Source: Planctomycetota bacterium (GTDB lineage: Bacteria; Planctomycetota; GCA-002687715; CAIWVZ01). From it: DNA of 64,000 nt. Of the stretch, positions 48,848-56,391 are shown piece after piece. The notes under the pieces are model-generated. The model was given only the letters and a program-made list of their open reading frames with translations, did not search any database and was not told where the DNA came from. The position numbers were made by a program, and so were the translations under genes. The stretch is from contig JBGANV010000003.1 in assembly GCA_044222185.1 (NCBI GenBank), forward strand, positions 672,001-736,000, written 5' to 3'. Position 1 is the stretch's first letter; each line of letters starts with the position of its first letter.

Positions 48848-49972
48848 TCAGAGGATGTGGGCGAAGATCGCCGCGGTCATCGTGACGGCACAGCTCGATC
48901 CGGGCGCGCGGAACACCACGCCCTGGAGGTTCAGGTCGAAGGGCCCGGGCGGCACCGTTCCGAGGAACACGACCTGACCATTGGCATCCAGCTGGAACGG
49001 CGATCCGGGCACCGTCCCATCGACGAGAACCAGGAGGTCGAAGAAGTTGGGTGCGGTCCCGATGTTCAACTCGCCGAAGCACGAGAAGGACGTCCCCGCC
49101 GCGTGCTGCGCGGCCGACACGAACACGGCGAAGGGCTGGCCCGGATCACCGCGCATCGTGAAGTTCGCCGTCGAGTTCCCCGGAATGTTCAGCGTGAACG
49201 GACCCGGACAGGTGCCGCCACCGGCGCCGTTGATCTCCATCCGGCCGTGGACCGAGTTCGCCTGACCCGACCCAGTCATCTGCGTCGAGGTCACGACGAT
49301 GTTGTCCACGAGGCCGTAGCCGTTCGTCGTCGCATCGCCCCGATTGGCGACGAGGATCACGAGGTCAAGCGCCATCCCCGGGACGTAACCCGCGACCGAC
49401 GCCATGTTCAACGTGACGTGCTTCGGTCCGGCAGGTGACACCTCACCGTTCACGAACGAGAACGGGTAGCTCACTCCCGTGGCTGCGCAGGCGGGCTGAA
49501 GCGTGCCGTTGCCGTCGCGGGTGTCGACGTACACCATCGTCGCCAGCAACGTTCCGTTGCCGTCGTACAGCCGGATCGACATGAAGTCGTTGTAGGTCGG
49601 CTGATTGGGCAGCTCGGCGCAGAACCACGTCCAGTCGAACGAAATCGACGTGACGTTCTCGCAGCCACCGAAGAGCTGATTGACCCACCCACCGCTGTAG
49701 GTCGGATGCTGCGTGCAGTTCAGCGTGTACGAGCCGGTGAAGTCGGACGCGACCCGCGCGAACTTGATGCCCTGCGTGGGAAAACCAAGCTGAGGCACGT
49801 TGTTCACGAAGGACTGGCTTCCGTTGGACTCGAGCCACGGGGCCGTGAACACGTTCCCGGGTGCCTGCTGCTCGAAGCTCCCGTCGGCGAAGGCCTGCCC
49901 GAACGTGCGAGAAGACGTCACGAGAAGCACGAAAAGGCCGAAACAGAACGCCTTGTTTTTCAGTCTTGGCAC
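48848..49972 (-). CDS. Secreted beta-rich protein with the shared C-terminal domain
   Basis: GAGGA RBS before GTG; signal peptide ending TFG-Q; jelly-roll-like FADGSFE...SISFDW...YNDF...GLVDNI; C-terminus FQLDANGQ...VPPG...LQGVVF...MTAAIFAHIL. Confidence 0.72.
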   Translation of the reverse strand: MPRLKNKAFCFGLFVLLVTSSRTFGQAFADGSFEQQAPGNVFTAPWLESNGSQSFVNNVPQLGFPTQGIKFARVASDFTGSYTLNCTQHPTYSGGWVNQLFGGCENVTSISFDWTWFCAELPNQPTYNDFMSIRLYDGNGTLLATMVYVDTRDGNGTLQPACAATGVSYPFSFVNGEVSPAGPKHVTLNMASVAGYVPGMALDLVILVANRGDATTNGYGLVDNIVVTSTQMTGSGQANSVHGRMEINGAGGGTCPGPFTLNIPGNSTANFTMRGDPGQPFAVFVSAAQHAAGTSFSCFGELNIGTAPNFFDLLVLVDGTVPGSPFQLDANGQVVFLGTVPPGPFDLNLQGVVFRAPGSSCAVTMTAAIFAHIL

Positions 49973-50317
49973 AAGCGGATCCTCAGTCAGACGTGGATTC
50001 ACGACGACGAGATGTGGAACTTCGTACGCCGCGACTTTGCGGGGATCGTACCACCCGAAAAACACGCGGTCGGGGATATGTCCCATTGATCGAAAACTCG
50101 ACGACGAAATGACGCGTGCCGGAAAAATCGTCCGCGCGTGAAGAAACCCGCGGGCAGAGATCGAGGCGTTCGAACTCGTTGCGCCGCGCAGGGCGCCGTG
50201 TCGTCGGCGGGCGCACGTCGACCAAGGCTCGTTCGCGATCGTGCGGATTCATCGCCTTTCGAACTCCGCCGGAGCTGCGAGCATGCGGGCCGCGGCTCCT
50301 CTCGCGCCGCATGCACC

Positions 50318-51088
50318 ATGGGCCTCTTCTCCTTCGCATCCAACGGTCTTCGCAGGCTGAACCGCCGCCACGTCTTCGGTCGGATCACGACTGAGTGTGA
50401 CCTCAGACTGTCGTTCGAGGCCCACCACGAGGACGTTGCGCTCCTCGAGCAGGTGTTCGTCGAGCGCGTCTATTCCGACTGGTTTCCCCATCGGCGCACG
50501 GCGACGATCGTCGACATCGGAGCCCACAAGGGCTTCTTCACCCTGTTTGCCGCGCGGCACGCGGCTCCCGATTCGCGGCTGTTCGCCATCGAGCCGTCGC
50601 CGGGAAACCTGACCCAGCTCCGCACGAACCTCGCCGCGAACGGCCTTTCGCACGTCGCCGTCCTCGACGTCGCCGTCGGGGCCGAGGACGGTCAGACGCG
50701 GCTCCACCTCGGCCCCAGCGAGAACCACTCGATCTTCCCCGATCACACGGCGCGACTTCGGCGCGCGTCGTCGACGGTCAGCACGCCCGTGGAGATGGTG
50801 ACGCTGCGCACCGTCCTCGACCGGTGCGACGTGGATCACGTCGACTTCCTGAAGCTCGACTGCGAGGGCTCCGAGTATCCGATCCTGCTCTCGGCCGATG
50901 CCGCGACGCTCGGCCGCATCGACGTCATCTCACTGGAATTCCACGACACCGGGAAGCCGGGGTGGACCGGGCGTGACCTCGCCGAGCACCTGGAGCGTTC
51001 GCGATTCCGAGTCGTTCGCTTTGCACACGGCGCGACGTGGATCGACAACGACTACGGCCGCATCATCGCCGTTCGCGACCGCCACTGA
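50318..51088 (+). CDS. FkbM family methyltransferase
   Basis: IVDIGAHKGFF, FAIEPSPGN, VDFLKLDCEGSEY, LEFH. Start uncertain. Confidence 0.88.
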   Translation: MGLFSFASNGLRRLNRRHVFGRITTECDLRLSFEAHHEDVALLEQVFVERVYSDWFPHRRTATIVDIGAHKGFFTLFAARHAAPDSRLFAIEPSPGNLTQLRTNLAANGLSHVAVLDVAVGAEDGQTRLHLGPSENHSIFPDHTARLRRASSTVSTPVEMVTLRTVLDRCDVDHVDFLKLDCEGSEYPILLSADAATLGRIDVISLEFHDTGKPGWTGRDLAEHLERSRFRVVRFAHGATWIDNDYGRIIAVRDRH

Positions 51089-51105
51089 GGGGACGCGACC
51101 CCGAT

Positions 51106-52143
51106 TCACTCCGCGCGACGGGCGAACAGCAATCGCACGGAAATCCCCGACGACGCCTCGGCCTCGTTCACCAGATCGGATGCGAGGATGCCCCCGCAGA
51201 GCGAATATGGCGCACGGGGCGCCGTGAACGTGATCCCGGCTCGGCAGCGGACGGACCCGCCGATCGCTGCGACGAACGGGATGACGACGGGATCCAGCCC
51301 GCTGACGGCCGCATACTCCGACGACTCCGGCCCGAACCACGCGATCTTCTTCACGTCGATGAGGACCTGTGGTGGAGTGAACAAGCTCAGTCCCGCATCG
51401 ATCACCGAGATCTTGCCGATGGCCGCCTCGACGAACCGGGTCTTCAACTCCTTCGAGAGGAGCCTCGCCGAGAACAGGCGTTTCACTCCGCGCAGCCACG
51501 CGGATTGCGTCTTCTCGAACGTCGATCCGTCGCCGCGCCAACCCTGGACCACTCGATCGAGCCGCTCCGCTACGCGCATCTGCGGGCCGACGCTCGCATG
51601 CGGGCCTCGCCCGGCCGGAAGCTCGACGGCACCAAGTGCGAGAAGCTCGCGGTACCGCTCGTAGTTGCTCGCTGCCAGGTCGGCGCGCTTCGCGGTCCGC
51701 ACGACCGACTCGAGCGTCTGGCCATTCGAATCGAAGAGCGTCATGCGAACGCTGACCGAGGATCCATCGTCGGGCTCGCGCGGGCGTGAGTCGGCCTCGG
51801 TCGCCGGATCGACGACCTCGGCCGACACGAACCAGGTCTCGCGCCGCTCACCGCGCGTGAGCTGGAGGCCGACGCCGACGGCATCGCCGACTCTCAGGCC
51901 ATCCTCCGATGGGCGTGCGAACTGGGCTTCGAATGCGGCGGGGCGAGGTCCCGCCAGCTCTCCACCGGGGACGAACGACGACGTCACCGGGTGTTCCGGC
52001 AAGTCCATCACGTCGACTGCGCAGCCGCCGACGATCGAAACAGCCGCGAGCAAGACCGCGAGGATCGAGCATGTACCGAGTCGCTGCACGAGATGAATCC
52101 TTCGTCGCTCCGCGGACAGCATACCGATTCGGACGCCGTCCAT
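51106..52143 (-). CDS. Hypothetical lipoprotein
   Basis: Lipobox SILAVLLAAVSIVGG-C; co-oriented 51 bp after the HlyD gene. Start uncertain. Confidence 0.6.
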   Translation of the reverse strand: MDGVRIGMLSAERRRIHLVQRLGTCSILAVLLAAVSIVGGCAVDVMDLPEHPVTSSFVPGGELAGPRPAAFEAQFARPSEDGLRVGDAVGVGLQLTRGERRETWFVSAEVVDPATEADSRPREPDDGSSVSVRMTLFDSNGQTLESVVRTAKRADLAASNYERYRELLALGAVELPAGRGPHASVGPQMRVAERLDRVVQGWRGDGSTFEKTQSAWLRGVKRLFSARLLSKELKTRFVEAAIGKISVIDAGLSLFTPPQVLIDVKKIAWFGPESSEYAAVSGLDPVVIPFVAAIGGSVRCRAGITFTAPRAPYSLCGGILASDLVNEAEASSGISVRLLFARRAE

Positions 52144-52194
52144 GGCAGCACCGGAGCGGGGCCAGGCATCGCCGGTTGGGCGGCGAATGGGACC

Positions 52195-53346
52195 TCAGGG
52201 AACGAAGCGCACGTGCACAACCTCGCCGGGTACGAGCCCGAGCTCCGGATCGGGCAGGATCAGAACAGGGCGCGCGAACTCGGGGCGATTTCGGTCGCGC
52301 CACAGCCGCTCGGGCAGACGCGCGATCTGAGGCCCCATCGCCGGCCTCGCCGCCAACGAGGCGTGAACGCGGCCGCCCCGCCGCACGATCTCCACCTTCG
52401 TCGCGGAATCGGGTAACGCCTCGCCTTCGGGAATGAACGCTTCGATGCCGTCCGCGCGCTCACCCAAGACGCACGCGACGCGCTGCCCGTCCGCCACGGT
52501 CTGCCCGCGCAACACCGGCAGCTCGGTGATTCGGCCCGTGACCGGAGTGCGGATGATCAGCCGCCGCCGCTCCAGTTCGATCTGGTTGAGCCTGGCGCGC
52601 TCGACGAGGACCTGTTCCTCGAACGCGCGCAGCACCGCCGGTTGATCGATCCCGCCAACGAGACCTTCGAAGCGCTTGCGGCGCGACTCGGCGGCCGCAC
52701 ACTCGGCCTGATTCTCCTTCAGCGCCTCGGCCCGGGCGGCCAGGCGTCGATCGAACACCTGGCGACGCATGAGGAGGTCGTCGACGTCGGCACGACTGAC
52801 GACTCCGGGCGTGGCGAGAGCCTGCGTTCGTTCGAGTTGAACGCGAAGGCGCTCGATCTCCGCGCGATCCGCCTCCATTTCCGTTTCGATCGACCGCGTC
52901 GCGAGACGAAGCCGGCTCTCCGTATCGAAGAACCGCTGGAGCTCTGCGGCGTGGTCGGTGGCGGCCTGGCGCGACTCGGCATGCATCCGCGCCTGCTCGG
53001 CGGCGGCCGCGGCCGCGAGTTGCTCGATGGTCGCTCGCGCCGTCGCGGCCCGCGCGTCGAGTTCCGCCTCGTCGAGCACGACGATCACGTCGCCGGCCTG
53101 CACTCGATCGAAGAGCGATACCCGGACGTCCGTGATCGCCCCGGCAACGGGGGCCGTGATCTCGCAGCGCGCGCTTCGGACCTCCCCCACGAACGCCACC
53201 GCCGGCGAGCGCATCCCGATCATCCGGAACGCCGCCACCGCGGCGGCAACCCAGACGACGAACACGACCGGACCGCGAGCGAGGTCACCGAGTCGCTGTC
53301 CGAGCGGCGTGGATACGGTTCGCGCGTGTCCCCGATCGGTGATCAC
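52195..53346 (-). CDS. HlyD-family periplasmic adaptor (membrane fusion protein)
   Basis: N-terminal TM; lipoyl halves EITAPVAGAITDVRVSLFDRVQAGDVIVVLD and IRTPVTGRITEL...GQTV flanking a long coiled coil; GLVPGE end. Confidence 0.88.
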   Translation of the reverse strand: MITDRGHARTVSTPLGQRLGDLARGPVVFVVWVAAAVAAFRMIGMRSPAVAFVGEVRSARCEITAPVAGAITDVRVSLFDRVQAGDVIVVLDEAELDARAATARATIEQLAAAAAAEQARMHAESRQAATDHAAELQRFFDTESRLRLATRSIETEMEADRAEIERLRVQLERTQALATPGVVSRADVDDLLMRRQVFDRRLAARAEALKENQAECAAAESRRKRFEGLVGGIDQPAVLRAFEEQVLVERARLNQIELERRRLIIRTPVTGRITELPVLRGQTVADGQRVACVLGERADGIEAFIPEGEALPDSATKVEIVRRGGRVHASLAARPAMGPQIARLPERLWRDRNRPEFARPVLILPDPELGLVPGEVVHVRFVP

Positions 53347-53349
53347 TCT

Positions 53350-54039
53350 TCAGGTCTCCGCGAGATCGTCGTGCAGTACGAAGGCCACGCGACCACGATC
53401 GTCGAGCGACTGGAGCTCCACGGCGAAGTCGTCGCCCCGCCGTCGATCGCGCAGTCGTACCTGATACACGTACTCCACCACGCCGTCGCCGTGCCGGCTC
53501 GACAGTCGCTTGGCAGCCAGGCAGTGTCGGCGCAGGACGGCCGGCAGGACCTCCACGGCCGCCGGTGCCTGGAACCGGCACGTCAGATGCCCGTCGAAGC
53601 GACCCCGATTGCCGAAATCGACGACGTTCAGGTACGTGGTGACGGCGACCATGATCACCGCGCCCGGGACGGCTGCGTCGTACCGCTGCGAACCGCAAGC
53701 CATTCCGAGGACGAGCGTCGTGAAGACGAACACGGTGTCGCGCGTGTCCTTGAGCACGTTGCGGAACCGGACGAGGGCCAGGGCGCCGATCAACCCGAAC
53801 GCCGTGACGAGGCTGTTGCCGATCACGAACATCACGAGTGCGACGATCATCGTCATCAGCACCAGCGACTGCGCGAATGCACGCGAGTAGGACAGGCCCG
53901 AGTGCGTGCGCGTGTACGTCCACGACAGGAGCTGGCCGATCACGAACGACATGAGCACGGCTGGGATGAGCGTGGTGACACCGAACTCGGGCGTCTCGTG
54001 AACGCCGGGGTACGAGAGAATCCGACTGAGCTCATCCAT
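53350..54039 (-). CDS. DUF4956 membrane protein (MgtC/SapB-like TM region plus soluble C-terminal domain)
   Basis: YTRTHSGLSYSRAFAQSL, VIGNSLVTAFGLIGALALVRFRNVLKDTRDTVFVF, GMACG. Start overlaps the VTC stop by 8 nt. Confidence 0.9.
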   Translation of the reverse strand: MDELSRILSYPGVHETPEFGVTTLIPAVLMSFVIGQLLSWTYTRTHSGLSYSRAFAQSLVLMTMIVALVMFVIGNSLVTAFGLIGALALVRFRNVLKDTRDTVFVFTTLVLGMACGSQRYDAAVPGAVIMVAVTTYLNVVDFGNRGRFDGHLTCRFQAPAAVEVLPAVLRRHCLAAKRLSSRHGDGVVEYVYQVRLRDRRRGDDFAVELQSLDDRGRVAFVLHDDLAET

Positions 54040-54859
54040 GTTCGGCCAGCACCTCGGTTCGCGACGCCACCTTCGGCACGAGGTCCGGCGCACGCCGCGC
54101 ACCTTCCGTCTCGACACGACGGTGGCCGAGCATCCCCCGTCTCCTCGCGTCTTCGACGCAGAGGACGTACTTCGCCACCGACTCCCGCTGCAACTCGAAC
54201 TGGCGAACGAGGGCCAGCCCCCAGGATGGGAGCCGCTCCGTGAACTTGAACTCCAACACGACGCCGGGGAGGCGGATCGGCATCCATCCATCACCCCCCA
54301 ACCGGGTCTGCGGAGACGTGGTGAGGCTGTAGGAAAGCTCGGAGTCGAACGTGACGCGCAGCGGCGCCGAGTCCAGGCCTTCGTACGCCTCGCGCTCGTA
54401 GCGCACGCACAGGACCGGTGCGGCCGCGATGCGCGCCCGTTTCTCCATGAAGTCCGCGACCGCCGCATGGTCGCGAGACCGCGTCTGCGGAGTGAATCCG
54501 ACCACGAGCTCCGCCGCCTCGGACTTCGGCATCGGGGCGCGGGCCTTCGTGACGATGCCGTTCATGCGCGCCTTGACCTCCGAGAACACGGGCGACGCCG
54601 GATCGTCGGAGTAGCTGCGAACTCGGAGCTTGAACCGCGTCTTCTCGCCGTGGACGGTCGCTCGCAGCAGCGCGAAGTCCGCGCTGTCGAGATACAGACT
54701 GCTGATGACGTAGCGGTGATCAGGGGCCACCAGCGAGTACCGATCGAGGGTCACGAACGGCGCGATGAAGCGCCGAAGCGTGGGCAGGAGTCCGGGCGAC
54801 ACGATGTATTTGCACTCGTACCGCGAGGTCAGCGTCCGGTCGAACGATGGCGAGGTCAT
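54032..54859 (-). CDS. VTC domain (polyphosphate polymerase, CYTH/TTM fold) protein
   Basis: RYECKY, YVISSLYLDS, RFKLRVRSY, SEVKAR, YEREAY, LRVTFD, VVLEFKF, KY. Confidence 0.9.
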   Translation of the reverse strand: MTSPSFDRTLTSRYECKYIVSPGLLPTLRRFIAPFVTLDRYSLVAPDHRYVISSLYLDSADFALLRATVHGEKTRFKLRVRSYSDDPASPVFSEVKARMNGIVTKARAPMPKSEAAELVVGFTPQTRSRDHAAVADFMEKRARIAAAPVLCVRYEREAYEGLDSAPLRVTFDSELSYSLTTSPQTRLGGDGWMPIRLPGVVLEFKFTERLPSWGLALVRQFELQRESVAKYVLCVEDARRRGMLGHRRVETEGARRAPDLVPKVASRTEVLAEHG

Positions 54860-54892
54860 GCTGATTCCAGGCAGGCGTGGAGGTTCGCGGCG

Positions 54893-56317
54893 TCACTGCG
54901 TCACGGGAATGGCGCAGGTCGTGAGGGCGAACGCCGGGAGGTCGAGCGCCTGGAACGCGACGCCGAACCCCGGCGGCAGCGTGGGGACGGCGAACGTGAA
55001 CTGGGCGTAACCCTGCGAGCTCACGGGCACCGGCGGCAGCGCGGTGATGAGGCCCCACAGCGGATCGACGAAGTCGTCCGTGTAGAGCTCCGGGAAGCCG
55101 CCCGGAACGCTCACGGCCGGGACGTAGGGAACGACGACCGTGCGCGGCGTGTATCCGCCGAGTGCCGTGACCTGCGCGAGATTCGCCATCAGCAGCACGC
55201 TCCCGTTCGGAGATGCGCCGCCGACGCCGAGGACGAGCGACCCCGGCGTCACGAGTTCCGTGTCATGGATGTTCAGGAGCCGCGGCGCCGTCGACAGCGA
55301 TCCGGCACGGACCGCGATCCCCGTCACCGTGTGCACCGCGCCACCGTCGAAGTTGGTCGGCCCGAGCCCCAGCGCGGGGCCGCCGCTGAGTATCACTCCG
55401 TTGCGCGAAGCGATGGATCCACCGGTACGCGTGCTGCAGATGACCGCCGTCGACGAACCATCTCCGGAGAGCCAGAGGTTCGGAATCGTGAACCCCGTTC
55501 CCGCGACGACGACCGTCCCACCGGCGGGGTCGATCTCGAGCCCGTCGAGGTCCCCCACGACTCCGATGCCGGCGTTCGCGAAGTAGACGTTCACGTCGGC
55601 CTCGCGCAGGACGATCTGGGCCGCCCCGGGCGTCACGAACGCCACCGTACCGTCGGGGTTGGCGACGTATGCCGCGGCGGGAAGTCGCACGACACCACCA
55701 TCCTCCACGGTCACGCCGTTCACGGTCTGCGGGAGCGTCATGCTCCAGTAGATGTCACCGTTCGACGCGACGCAGATCCCGTCGACGTCGATGTCGAGCC
55801 CCGGAGTCGCCATGGCCGAGGCGATCTGAACGCGGGTGATGAAGTACGTGACGCCTCCGGCGGGACGCAGGCGCACGACGTCGCCGTCGTCGATCGGAGA
55901 CACCACGCGCCCCTGCCCGCCGTGATCGTGGGAGAACGACAGGTAGAAGTCGAAGATCGTCGGCGGGTTCTGCGTTCCAGGGACGAACTGGATGGCGTCG
56001 ATCCTTCCGACGACTCCTTCGGTGTAGAGGCCGTCGCCGTCGTCATCGCCGAAGTAGGCCGCCCAGGTCGCTTTCGTCGCGCAGCCGTACGCGGTGAATG
56101 GCGTCGTCGCCGACGGAGACACCACCATCACGGACTCGTTGCCGAAGATCGCCCCGGGATTTCCTGGGAACAGAACCGAGCCGCCCGCGCCGGAGGCCGC
56201 GACCTCTTTCCCGTCCGTCGAGAACGCCAACGTGAATGGCGTCTGGGCCGGGACCGATCGGCAGAGCCCGAGGAGTGTGATGGTGAGTGCGGCCAGCGTG
56301 GTTCGTGTGCGCGTCAT
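54893..56317 (-). CDS. Secreted protein with acidic propeller-like repeats and the shared C-terminal domain
   Basis: Signal peptide ending VPA-Q; repeats RIDAI...FYLSF, DVDGI...IYWS, DLDGL...LWLSG; C-terminus PVSSQGYAQFTFAVPTLPPGFGVAFQALD. Confidence 0.72.
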   Translation of the reverse strand: MTRTRTTLAALTITLLGLCRSVPAQTPFTLAFSTDGKEVAASGAGGSVLFPGNPGAIFGNESVMVVSPSATTPFTAYGCATKATWAAYFGDDDGDGLYTEGVVGRIDAIQFVPGTQNPPTIFDFYLSFSHDHGGQGRVVSPIDDGDVVRLRPAGGVTYFITRVQIASAMATPGLDIDVDGICVASNGDIYWSMTLPQTVNGVTVEDGGVVRLPAAAYVANPDGTVAFVTPGAAQIVLREADVNVYFANAGIGVVGDLDGLEIDPAGGTVVVAGTGFTIPNLWLSGDGSSTAVICSTRTGGSIASRNGVILSGGPALGLGPTNFDGGAVHTVTGIAVRAGSLSTAPRLLNIHDTELVTPGSLVLGVGGASPNGSVLLMANLAQVTALGGYTPRTVVVPYVPAVSVPGGFPELYTDDFVDPLWGLITALPPVPVSSQGYAQFTFAVPTLPPGFGVAFQALDLPAFALTTCAIPVTQ

Positions 56318-56391
56318 TTCAGTCGACCTTGGTGAGGGGAACACGCGAGGTTGCGGGCGGACCGAGCGGCGCATGGGCGCCGCTCCAAACC